Source: a virus
Length of the DNA stretch: 64,000 nucleotides
Strand: one strand, 5' to 3'
IMG/VR virus record: IMGVR_UViG_3300042330_000433
Coordinates: 1-64,000 of that record
Under the pieces are notes generated by a model that was not told where the DNA came from, ran no database searches, and saw only the letters and a program-made list of their open reading frames with translations. The first letter of the stretch is position 1. Every line of letters starts with the position of its first letter. Positions 48,501 through 56,838 of this stretch are shown here, piece by piece. The translations under genes were made by a program, and so were the position numbers.

Positions 48501-50058
48501 TTTAATTAAATATTCTTTTATTACTTCTGGGTTTCAAATGAATACTACTCAATTTTTTACTTATATTCCAGCTGAATATTTTATTCAAAAAGATATAAAT
48601 AATAGAGTTAATGAAATTAATAATCAAAATCAATATGATTTTTTAGATAAATTTTATTTAAATAATTTAACTGATAAAAAATTAGTAAGAAAGGTATTTA
48701 AAGATAATATTGTAGCTGATGGTGTAAATATAAATAATGGTTTTGTTAATTTATATGACAAAAAAGGAAATTATTATGTAGAATTACATACTGCACCTTC
48801 AGTAGATGCTGATCCAACTGTTAAAATTAAACCTAGATATTATAAATTAATAGGTTATGATACAGAACAAAAAGGTGTTTATGCTAGAATTCAAGAATTA
48901 GATAAAAAGTTAAATAACAAAATTTTATATAACTTTAATGACTATACAGAATTAATTAATGATGATATTATAAAACTTCAAAAATTAGTATCATTTGATA
49001 GAAATATGCAAAGTATTGATAATGAAATTGAAACTAATAATATTAAAGTTGAACAAGTATCTGAAGTTAAAGAAGTTGTTAAATCTGAAGTTATTGAATC
49101 TGATCTTTATAAAAAATATGGTATAAAAGGAATTGAAATTGTAAACAGATATTCTATTGAAGATACTAAAAATAATCTAGATAAAATTTATGTTTTTGGT
49201 GATAATACTAAAAGAGTAGGTACTGCAGGACAAGCTTCTATAAGAAATAGTGTAAATGCTGTAGGAATTGCTACAAAATTAATACCATCAAATAATGAAA
49301 GTTCATTTATGTCTGATAATGATTTTGAATCAAATAAACAATTTATAGATAGTGATATAAATAAATTAATAGAAAAATCAGATGAAAAAATAATTGTATT
49401 TCCAAAAGATGGTTTAGGTACAGGTTTAGCTAAATTGAAAGAAAAAGCTCCTCAAACTTATCAATATTTAAAAGATCAATTATTAGAAAATTTTGGTTTT
49501 GATAATGATACTGGAGAAATAACTAATTTAATAAAAACAGAATCTATTAAAAAAGAAATAGTAAATAAATCTGAAATATTAAAACCATTATTTATTAAAG
49601 ATACCACTGCTAATGTAGTTAAAGGTTCTGTTGTAAATTATAATGGTAAAAAATGGATTGTTTGGAATATAACAGACAAAGATAAAGCTCAGCTAATAGA
49701 TACTGAAGGTAATAAATTTAGTGGTACACCTAATTTAGATAAATTAAGTCCAATTGGTAATTATATTACTACTGAATTTAATGGTACTGATTATATTGTA
49801 ACACAAAATGAAAATATTTATTCATTAGATACTGGTAAGCAAGTATTTACTAATTTAGATGGTTCAACTAAATCTAAAAAAGAAAAAATTATTAATCAGA
49901 TAATTGAAGAAAATAATTTAATGCCAGAAGATAATACATCAGAAGAAGAATTTGATTTAGATTCTTTAGATTATGGTGAGATTACTGAAAGTGAATTAAA
50001 TACTTTAACAGAAGAAGAAAAAGCTACAATAGCTTGGCAAAAATTAAATTGTAAATAA
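42577..50058 (+). CDS. virion-packaged single-chain RNA polymerase (phi14:2 gp66-like)
   Basis: GYRIPNQ and GSDFDVDK (46639-46653) double-psi-barrel motifs; DAQ, QPLKG, LKYS, AFVDIAKDP. Confidence 0.92.
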   Translation: MACTRVSITGKSESILFDTIYNNLANQNEQLADEMFSHFKSELFKKDFGNFIEDYNNNIISDRTDENGEPKLFYNETAKKYYYLNKDNETIYFPLVNRGLRSIWNYDQINKIKSRLALAYFSKSKLDFNNINFDKASPLPKLKDFILKEIQDKINSLEEEGEYFSAMSLEESLNNLDELVSNVESFFKEMNLEIKEDEENGEWIVEEEGKDPVFNQHSAERNTKKSVSTNVKLRLSLLKDNENLDPIWNEPTFLNRDMVYAALQGVLCEEIPLPGEDIFELHKSALNRILAKKPFLKELHSYLNSPDITENQKSEFSQAFNLIKNNHIVSQYITDKNNVVTHKNLQISDTGSKTTKVKEQWDENFQNIFLSKTNKLKDDSVKRIINAGKVIKSNIDNIQEFNKSIKTGVESELQPKFTKLVEDINLFLKALGIETTQEGLQIYLDNYGKDISLQDMTNNLLTLAIQTEYVVKGLSSKYEKETKDYSSFLTLSQTFNKLAAAEAFMLTEGSDATILTGGKQKWIYSYPSYLSSTINQWKRNPQILLDLYKSGQYQLGSYYMGVLTASTDVNGNKLGYNSNAEQIEASRKLLDKIDLGIMNQMSTETDFKKTTDLSYKDYLTDYINKVIIGEFSRTTTPADKTTDLQIKFNLPVSSYNGIVDGQLQLKKQTKDIFFNYFASEYHRMLEASNEVDNANNGVSNDKLTPHYHYQYQVKNSKGESIVNPNPYDKSGNAFKSQYFENLSPNSKNQTELEKQLTDRLYTGSKFNYSLLERGLDPELDQLFDSYLQENFHKRFTETLNYLQSSDIFIRNAKGFIVPNKIDKNTLDTQYKNISELQKAYAITSDFMVNGLINNIEFSKMFSGDVAYYKNMVDYKKRVPATYTDGLQLRINKDNETFKIATIESVNRKSPFYDLLVESLGKNEAKPYESINSADAQAWITPARWKFLIKALGKWTTGADSHESVYHKMMDTSGKNLIYTQKELKLAAQPLKGVYFYRDASGKPVYLKYSQAVLSQALVKNSDLEKLFNKMNADKIDEVITFDGVKVGSIEPTKIHDDNGNIKDEFELNSQTLFNRGWKLQQDLPTKTFKDLDVGSQIQKNIFAGLLHNKTLEGFELDGNLYNGQQIITEIVKAVTGLTNEGLNSLKKEFKIDDNFKIGNISGFYKSLIAELVKRGGSENVVTALNAETTIVGIPQSAGKLFNIFASVMNSRLIKIKTNGGSFIQMSNFGLNKIEAESQGVRWSPLADNTTNEPYIYVNPDTNRPTVKPGGILLSGSFLSKHVPNWRKYSNEELFVSYDGGEPIINKKIQETIIGYRIPNQGLASNDALRIVGILPEASGDTVVAYTGITTKTGSDFDVDKMYVMFPSYSKNSETDRLEYNNYDENNITKKGLQNRLIELYKSVLTHLEVYKSVMKPIDIDFIQNELNALFPGTSTIFMNHFDPEVDLKLRYSFLGGKAGVGQEANAMVDISREGNLSLLGVKNILWGHHNELNESKFDEEFSEELSEEELDYYAAQMLKPNSSTERINEFKDELRKVKIGDSLTAILNAFVDIAKDPYISKGNWIMSTTNVGNMLLRLGAHPLYVVNFLANPIIKQYVDFQKSKEGLTDVQDSGDTIEKFKKEIVINALDKVEGYTISLGNIYKDYFSQLNIDYKKERLAYQLDNKIITLQEYNSSIESIDKSFKNVSEVLLKKLKIPVEELTRVIDNMKQQHDIAFNPNKLNIFDRKTNQWDKYKLNLEYFRNQNTTKTPDINFQINLLNAFKELQEYSKNVRENVVVSKLDTDGMGKSHNDLFALFNQKEQIMTKVNNEVIGAIKGFNTKFEGTTLEAYYNSLKWVKNVVENNALLFPTGTSQIQSIFNEVSNDLYGTNLVNSELVTKLSKDYNTYLLNKVFDISIEENDDILTNLPKRLHDFNEENKGKYFLLDELNIKISKSKKYQSSIELNNRKKSTTYETLFTNSWKDLMIDNPSLAEDLIKYSFITSGFQMNTTQFFTYIPAEYFIQKDINNRVNEINNQNQYDFLDKFYLNNLTDKKLVRKVFKDNIVADGVNINNGFVNLYDKKGNYYVELHTAPSVDADPTVKIKPRYYKLIGYDTEQKGVYARIQELDKKLNNKILYNFNDYTELINDDIIKLQKLVSFDRNMQSIDNEIETNNIKVEQVSEVKEVVKSEVIESDLYKKYGIKGIEIVNRYSIEDTKNNLDKIYVFGDNTKRVGTAGQASIRNSVNAVGIATKLIPSNNESSFMSDNDFESNKQFIDSDINKLIEKSDEKIIVFPKDGLGTGLAKLKEKAPQTYQYLKDQLLENFGFDNDTGEITNLIKTESIKKEIVNKSEILKPLFIKDTTANVVKGSVVNYNGKKWIVWNITDKDKAQLIDTEGNKFSGTPNLDKLSPIGNYITTEFNGTDYIVTQNENIYSLDTGKQVFTNLDGSTKSKKEKIINQIIEENNLMPEDNTSEEEFDLDSLDYGEITESELNTLTEEEKATIAWQKLNCK

Positions 50059-53000
50059 ATGGCAAATTGCATAAATACAAGCTCAAAAGAATATATTGAG
50101 TTATTAGAACAATCAAAATTAAATCCATTAATCCTGAAGGCTAGAATTTCTATCTTTCAGGATAAAAATGGTTTAGATTCATATCCTAAATTAGAAGATA
50201 TTTTAAAATCCAATCAAGTTAATACAACTTTAAAAGCTGTAGATATTTTACAATCTGATAAAGCTAAACAAATATTTGAAAAAGGTAAAAAAGCTGGTTG
50301 GGATTTAAATAAAATTCTTACAGAACTTCAAATACCTAAAGAACAGAAGCAATTACTTTTAGATTTAAATATTACTGATAGAGAACAATTAGCTGTAGAA
50401 TTAGCTTTTAAATATAGCTACAGTGTTGAAGTTAATACTACTAAAAGTAAAGGTAATGAAGATGGTTTTAGTTTAGATGATCATTATGATTTAGATTTTA
50501 AAGATCAATACAGAGAAAGTAATGGTAAGTATTATGAAATAAATATTTACGGTGATAATGAAGCTCAAGAAATAAGTAAAGAAGTTTATGATATAGCTAA
50601 ACAAAATTATAAAAATAATGAATTAGAAAAAGAAAATAATAAACCTAATAGTTCATATTATTCTAACCTAACAGTTCCAGGTGGTACTAATTATACAGAA
50701 AATGAAATAGCTACACCATTAATTACACCTAGTATTAAAGGTCATGCTCAATTTAGCACAGATAATGGAATAGGATGGTTTAGAAGTGATGATGCTTTAG
50801 TTAATAATGGTTTAACACAAGAAGAATTAGATAATATTCCACAAGAATATTTAGAAGAAGCTTTACATACAACTAAAACTAGAAGAATACTTGAAGTACA
50901 ATCTGATTTATTTCAGAAAGGTAGAGATAAAGAATGGTTATCTAGAGAAATGAATAGTTTAACTCCAGAAGAAGTAGCTAATGAACCTGAATGGCTTAGA
51001 CCTATTGGAACAATTGTTAAAAGTGATAGTAAAAAAAATGCATTTTTAAATCTATTAATAAAAGATTCTAACTGGGTTACATTCTTTGTTAAATCTATTA
51101 TACAAGATAGTGCTAAAAAAGGATATGAGAAAGTGTTATTTCCAAGTGGAGATACAGCTAGTAAAGTTGAAGGTCATACAACATTAGAAGAGTTTAAAAA
51201 ACAGAAAGAAGATAGAATTAAAGAACTTGAAAAAACAAAAAATAAAGTTAAAAATTCTAATAAAGATGAATATGCTGATGCTGCTTACGGTGAAGTTTTA
51301 GGAAAAAATGATTATTTAAATAGTGTAAATAATGAAATAAATCAACTTAAACAAGAACTTGAAAGAGTTGAAGGACCAGAAGGATTTGGTGCTTTAAAAC
51401 CTATTTATAGCTTCTATGAAAATACTGTAACTAATATTCTTAATAAAACTTACGGTAAAGATAATGTAAATGTTATTACTGATGAATATGGTAATACTTG
51501 GAATGAAATTACTTTAGATAATAAAAGAGATACTTCTACTATTTTTATGAAACAAGATTTATCTGAATTTGTAAATGAAACAGGTGAAAATTTATTTCAA
51601 GATAATCAAAGTCAAGGTATCCAATCTAATAAAATTTATAAATCTAATGAATTATTATTTGGTAATAAATCTAAAATTACAGTTGATGAAGTATTAGATA
51701 ATATTATTACTAATTTTCCTAATTTAGATAGTACAACTAAAGAATTAATTAAAAGATCAAAAAAATTACTTAACAAATCTAAAGCGACTGTTAAGTTTAT
51801 TAATGAATCTGAATTATCTGATGATTTAACTATTATGCAATATGAATCAGATAATAATGAAATTCAAATTAGTAAAGCTAGATTATCTAAATATAATGAA
51901 AAAGAATCTGTAATTGCATTTTTACATGAAGTAGTACATGGTCAAACTGTACAAGCTATGTTAAAACCTGCAAATGAAAGAACTTTTGCGGAACAAGACT
52001 TAGTTGATGTAATTGAAGCATTTTTATCTAAATATAAAAATAGTGATATAAAATCAGAATATGGTTTTACTGATAAATTTGAATTTGTAGCTGAATTTTA
52101 TGCTAATCCTGATTTTAGAAATAAAGTTAAAGAAACTTCAGAAGTTTGGTGGCAAAAAATAATGAATGCTATTAGAAGATTATTTGATATTCCAGCTAAT
52201 CCTGAATATAAAAAGTTATTTGATACAATTATTAATTATGTTGAATTAGAATCTCAAGATTATGTTGGTATTAAAAGATATGATAATATTTTTCAAAAAC
52301 AAGTTCAACCTGAAAATATTGAATTAGATACTATTGAAAAACAATTACAACATACAGTTAATCAAGCTAAAGATAGGATTACTCAATTAATTAAAAGAAC
52401 TAAAGCTGCAGCTAATGTTAAAAATAAAGAAGAACATAAAAACTTTATTAAATTATTTGAAGCTTTATTAGATGAAATTGTTTTAGCTGAAAGAAATAAT
52501 AAATGGAAATCTATTACTTCATATGCTAAATCATTTTCTAGTGCTGTAAGTAAGCTTAATAATAGTTTAAATAAAGCATTACGTATTGGAGTAGTAACTC
52601 ATAATAATATAATTTATCATAAAGAACAATTTGATTTATTTAGACCTGTAAGTGTTGCTGGTAAATATATAATTGCTGAAGATATATATGAATTATATAA
52701 AAATGATCCTTTTATTGAAAATTTAGTTAAAGCTGATAATTTAGATATTAATGATGATTTATATAATACTTTAGATAATTTATCTACAAAAGATTTAGAT
52801 ACTTTTGAAATGTTAAAACTTGTTGATAGTTATGAAGAATATTTATCAGCATATGATTTATTAGATGAAATTAATTCTTTAATTACTAGAAGTCAAAATG
52901 ATAAAACATTAGAAAGAAAAGATAAAGTTCAAATTGAAGAAATTAAAAAAGTATTACATAATTTAAAAGATGGTCATCAAAATTTAACAGATTCATTTAT

Positions 53001-55674
53001 AAATATTAAAAAAGCATATGCTGTTACAGAATTTTCTAAGCCTGAAAATAACACTAAAGTTGTTACAGAATGGAAAAATAAATTGTTTGCAGAACATACT
53101 AAATTAAATATTAAATCTGAAACTAAAGAAGAATATTTTGGTAGAATGATTCAAACAAAACATAAATCTGATTATCAAAATGCTTTAAGAGAAAGTGCTC
53201 GTAAAATTGTATATGATCCTTACTTTGATATTTCAACATTTGATAGAAATACTACAGATATTTTAAATATAAATTCTCCATTAATCAATCTTATATCAAA
53301 TACTATTGGTAAAATGAGAGATAATATTATAAATGCTTATCATGATAAACAATTTCAACTAAATAAAATATTTAAAAAATATTCTAAAGAAAAAGGACAA
53401 AATAAGCAATCTGAAATGTATGGAAATATTATTGAATTAAGTCAAAATGATCAATATTATTTAAAAGGAGAATACTCTACTAAATTTTTAGATTCTGTTC
53501 AAAATGAATTATATCCTATATTAGATAAAATAACTGAATTAAAAGAAAAATATAGTTCACAATTTGATACTAAAAAAGAAGCTTTAAAAGCATTAAATAA
53601 AGATGTAGAATATAAAGCTTTAAAATCTAAAAGAAAAGCTTGGTTTAGTGCTAATACTATTTCTATTAATGAAGAAACTGTTCCACATCCTAAATACAAG
53701 AATGCTGAAGTTACAGGTGTTGAAAAAGAATTATTAGATTATTTTAAATCTGAAACAGATAATAATAATGTAACTGTTTATAATAATCATGTTAGTTTAG
53801 TTAAATCTGTATATGGTGCTAAATTTTACAAAATTCCTTCTGTTACTAAATCTAATTTAGAAAGAACACTTGAGGGTGATGTTAAAGGTCAACTAAAAGA
53901 TAAATGGACTGATTTAACAGAAGTTAAAGTTGATGATGTAAATTATGGTGAAGCGGTAGATAGTAAAAACAAAGAAAAAAGAACTGTTAAAATTGGATTT
54001 AGAGGTAAGCTTGATTCAAAAGATCAATCTTTAGATTTATTTACTGTATATAGAAAAGAAGCTTTAAATGCAATTAATTATAAAGAAAAAAAATCTAATG
54101 AAATAAAACTTAAATTATTTGTAAATATAGCTTCATCTAAAGAATATAAAAAACGTTCTATTCAAACTGGTAAATGGTTACAAAATAAATATGCAACACA
54201 TGCTCCAGGAACTACATTTAGTGGTGAATTTTCTCAAGAACTTAAAAAAATTGAAGGTCTTTTAGAAACTCATTTATATGATGTGTTATCTTATAGTGGT
54301 GGTAAAATATTTGGTTCAAAATTAGAAGCAACTAAATTAGCATCTATGGTAAATGGATTTGCTGCAAATATTGCAATGACTGCTAACTTAGGTTCAGGAG
54401 TTGTCAATGTGTTAAATGGTGTTACTCAAATGTTTTTAACTTCTGCTGGTGGATATACATTTAATAAAACAGACTTATTAAAAGCTGAAGCTCATTATAG
54501 TAAAAATATAATGAATATATTAGCTGATTTAAATCAACCTGTTAAACAATCATTTCATAACCAAATGTTAGATATGTTTGATATATTTGGTGGATTTGAT
54601 ACTGCTACTCAAGAATTTATACGCAATAGTTATGCTAAAAAAATCATTTCAACTCATTCAATGAATGGATTAAATGAAATGGGTGAGCATATGATGAATG
54701 CTATATTAACTGAATCTATCTTAAGAGGTATTAAAGTTATGAATTCTGAAAGAAAATATATTAATAAAGAAGGAACTATAGTTGAAGAATCAAATGCAGC
54801 TTCATTATTTGATATGTTATCATTAAATTCTGATGGTAAACTTGTTATGAGTGATAAAGTTGTTTATACTAAAAAGAATATTGATTCTAAATATCATGAA
54901 GGTGGTAAACAACATATTAATTATGTAATTAAAAAGAAAGCTCATGATATATTTGGTGTATACGACCCATTAATGAAAGCTGAAATTGCTAAAACATGGT
55001 GGGGTAAAACACTAATGATGTTTAAAAACTTCTTTTTATCTTCTTTAAAACATAGATATAAAGGAATTCAAACTTCATTAACAGCTAAAGAAGATTTAAC
55101 TGAAGATGATATGTCATTTAATAATGCAGAACAAGAGTTTACAGAAGGTATTTATACTACATTCATACGTTTTATAAGACAAGGTGTTATACCTAACTTA
55201 AATGGTTTTAAATTAGCTTATATGAGAGATAATTATAATGCTTTATCTGATTATGAAAAAGCTAATTTAAAAAATACTACATTAGAGGTTTGTTTAACTA
55301 TGGTTATACTTCCTTTATTAGGTATGCTTTTAGGTGCAGCTGCAGGAGATGATGATGATGAATTATTTTTTGCAATGTATGCTTTTAGAAGACTTGAATC
55401 AGAACTTTCACAATTTAGAAATCCAATGGAGTTACAAAGAATGATTGCTAATCCAGTTGCAGCTAACAGATTTATTCAAAACTGTGCAAACGTAGTAAAT
55501 GATGTTGTAACACCTATTAATTTTAATCCTCAAAGAAATGAAACTTTCTTTGATTATTTTAGTGAAGATTCAAAACATAACAATGTATTAGTAAAACATG
55601 TTAAAAAAATAACTCCTTTCTACGCTCAATTAGACAAAGAATATAAAAATCTCTACAATCTATTGAATAAATAA
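50059..55674 (+). CDS. giant polyvalent virion protein with zincin metallopeptidase domain
   Basis: FLHEVVH...EFVAE, EVQSD domain, C-terminal hydrophobic helix. Confidence 0.8.
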   Translation: MANCINTSSKEYIELLEQSKLNPLILKARISIFQDKNGLDSYPKLEDILKSNQVNTTLKAVDILQSDKAKQIFEKGKKAGWDLNKILTELQIPKEQKQLLLDLNITDREQLAVELAFKYSYSVEVNTTKSKGNEDGFSLDDHYDLDFKDQYRESNGKYYEINIYGDNEAQEISKEVYDIAKQNYKNNELEKENNKPNSSYYSNLTVPGGTNYTENEIATPLITPSIKGHAQFSTDNGIGWFRSDDALVNNGLTQEELDNIPQEYLEEALHTTKTRRILEVQSDLFQKGRDKEWLSREMNSLTPEEVANEPEWLRPIGTIVKSDSKKNAFLNLLIKDSNWVTFFVKSIIQDSAKKGYEKVLFPSGDTASKVEGHTTLEEFKKQKEDRIKELEKTKNKVKNSNKDEYADAAYGEVLGKNDYLNSVNNEINQLKQELERVEGPEGFGALKPIYSFYENTVTNILNKTYGKDNVNVITDEYGNTWNEITLDNKRDTSTIFMKQDLSEFVNETGENLFQDNQSQGIQSNKIYKSNELLFGNKSKITVDEVLDNIITNFPNLDSTTKELIKRSKKLLNKSKATVKFINESELSDDLTIMQYESDNNEIQISKARLSKYNEKESVIAFLHEVVHGQTVQAMLKPANERTFAEQDLVDVIEAFLSKYKNSDIKSEYGFTDKFEFVAEFYANPDFRNKVKETSEVWWQKIMNAIRRLFDIPANPEYKKLFDTIINYVELESQDYVGIKRYDNIFQKQVQPENIELDTIEKQLQHTVNQAKDRITQLIKRTKAAANVKNKEEHKNFIKLFEALLDEIVLAERNNKWKSITSYAKSFSSAVSKLNNSLNKALRIGVVTHNNIIYHKEQFDLFRPVSVAGKYIIAEDIYELYKNDPFIENLVKADNLDINDDLYNTLDNLSTKDLDTFEMLKLVDSYEEYLSAYDLLDEINSLITRSQNDKTLERKDKVQIEEIKKVLHNLKDGHQNLTDSFINIKKAYAVTEFSKPENNTKVVTEWKNKLFAEHTKLNIKSETKEEYFGRMIQTKHKSDYQNALRESARKIVYDPYFDISTFDRNTTDILNINSPLINLISNTIGKMRDNIINAYHDKQFQLNKIFKKYSKEKGQNKQSEMYGNIIELSQNDQYYLKGEYSTKFLDSVQNELYPILDKITELKEKYSSQFDTKKEALKALNKDVEYKALKSKRKAWFSANTISINEETVPHPKYKNAEVTGVEKELLDYFKSETDNNNVTVYNNHVSLVKSVYGAKFYKIPSVTKSNLERTLEGDVKGQLKDKWTDLTEVKVDDVNYGEAVDSKNKEKRTVKIGFRGKLDSKDQSLDLFTVYRKEALNAINYKEKKSNEIKLKLFVNIASSKEYKKRSIQTGKWLQNKYATHAPGTTFSGEFSQELKKIEGLLETHLYDVLSYSGGKIFGSKLEATKLASMVNGFAANIAMTANLGSGVVNVLNGVTQMFLTSAGGYTFNKTDLLKAEAHYSKNIMNILADLNQPVKQSFHNQMLDMFDIFGGFDTATQEFIRNSYAKKIISTHSMNGLNEMGEHMMNAILTESILRGIKVMNSERKYINKEGTIVEESNAASLFDMLSLNSDGKLVMSDKVVYTKKNIDSKYHEGGKQHINYVIKKKAHDIFGVYDPLMKAEIAKTWWGKTLMMFKNFFLSSLKHRYKGIQTSLTAKEDLTEDDMSFNNAEQEFTEGIYTTFIRFIRQGVIPNLNGFKLAYMRDNYNALSDYEKANLKNTTLEVCLTMVILPLLGMLLGAAAGDDDDELFFAMYAFRRLESELSQFRNPMELQRMIANPVAANRFIQNCANVVNDVVTPINFNPQRNETFFDYFSEDSKHNNVLVKHVKKITPFYAQLDKEYKNLYNLLNK

Positions 55675-55680
55675 AAGGTA

Positions 55681-55717
55681 AAAAAAAAGGCACATACTTA
55701 ATTGTATGTGCCTTTTT
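55681..55717. terminator. bidirectional terminator between convergent gene blocks
   Basis: AAAAAGGCACATAC-ttaatt-GTATGTGCCTTTTT. Confidence 0.9.
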
Positions 55718-55731
55718 GCATTTATAATAAT

Positions 55732-55947
55732 TTATTCTACATGAAATTGAAGAGGTTTTACTAACTTACCATTTTCAATTTCAATTTCAATTTCTTCCAT
55801 GTAACCATGTTCATAAAAATTACCACTTTCAACTTCTTCTTTAGTACTACCTAATTGTTTTAATGCATCTTCTTCAGTGTTTTGCATTGTTACAAAATAA
55901 GAACCATCTTGTCCATCACTATATGTTAAAAATACTTTTAATTTCAT
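55732..55947 (-). CDS. small acidic hypothetical protein
   Basis: 71-aa ORF in a packed operon. Confidence 0.7.
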   Translation of the reverse strand: MKLKVFLTYSDGQDGSYFVTMQNTEEDALKQLGSTKEEVESGNFYEHGYMEEIEIEIENGKLVKPLQFHVE

Positions 55948-55948
55948 A

Positions 55949-56134
55949 TTAATTTAATTTTGTAATGTCATATGTTTCATGAACAATAGTATCATTATTA
56001 TCTTCTAATTCTTCAAGAGTTATACCTCTTTCATCAGCAATATGTTGTAAAACTTGTTCTTCATTATCTGCTTCATAAATAGTTCCACTGACACAATCCC
56101 ATCCGTTTTGTGGATTTGTTACAACAAACAACAT
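55949..56134 (-). CDS. small acidic hypothetical protein
   Basis: 61 aa, PQNGWDCV. Confidence 0.7.
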   Translation of the reverse strand: MLFVVTNPQNGWDCVSGTIYEADNEEQVLQHIADERGITLEELEDNNDTIVHETYDITKLN

Positions 56135-56367
56135 TATTTAATTAATTTTAAACAAGTTAATGCTTCATTTTTTTTAATATGTAAATTAAAGAAACTACCT
56201 TTACTTTCAGCTTTATTTAACTTATTAAAAAATTGTTGTGATACGGGTGTGTAAACATATTGTTTACCTGATTTAAAATCTACAGTTAAATCTTTTCTAC
56301 CTTTATCATATGTCAAACTCTTAATTACAGAGCTTTTTGGTGTATTTATTTTATTATTCATAATCAA
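56134..56367 (-). CDS. KTSC domain protein
   Basis: SSVIKSLTYD...LTVDFKSGKQYVY...AESKGSFFN. Confidence 0.9.
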   Translation of the reverse strand: MIMNNKINTPKSSVIKSLTYDKGRKDLTVDFKSGKQYVYTPVSQQFFNKLNKAESKGSFFNLHIKKNEALTCLKLIK

Positions 56368-56659
56368 TTATTTCTATTTTTTTAGGTTTAACTTCTTTCC
56401 AAGTTTGTTTAGCATTAAATTCTTCTTGCATATACCAAGGACTTTTACCAAGATGTGCAGAATAGCATTTACCAGTTTCAACATCTTTAATTACATATTT
56501 AAGAGTAACTGAGGATTTCTCTTGGTCAAATTCAACTTGTTTTTCACTTACAGTTTCATATAACATTTCTTCAGTATCATAATCTTTATAAACACCACCT
56601 TCATACATTATATCACTTATTTCTTCTTCTGTAAATTTTCTTTCTAAAGTATTACTCAT
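56354..56659 (-). CDS. hypothetical protein
   Basis: 101 aa, C-terminal EVKPKKIEIIDYE. Confidence 0.7.
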   Translation of the reverse strand: MSNTLERKFTEEEISDIMYEGGVYKDYDTEEMLYETVSEKQVEFDQEKSSVTLKYVIKDVETGKCYSAHLGKSPWYMQEEFNAKQTWKEVKPKKIEIIDYE

Positions 56660-56660
56660 A

Positions 56661-56838
56661 TTATTTTATTTGTATATTTAATTCATTAACAACCATTCAT
56701 TGACAATTACTTATATCTAAGTCTATTTCTTCAGATGTTAAAAAATGTTCAACATCTTCCCACATATTCATATCATATTCATAAACTAAAACTTCTTGAG
56801 TACTTGAACATAATATTATTATTTTTTTTTATAAACAT
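56661..56838 (-). pseudogene. disrupted small gene (A9 frameshift plus in-frame TGA)
   Basis: ATG coupled to the thyX stop; removing one A gives MFIKKIIIICSSTQEVLVYEYDMNMWEDVEHFLTSEEIDLDISNCQ*MVVNELNIQIK*, which fills the gap exactly. Confidence 0.6.
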
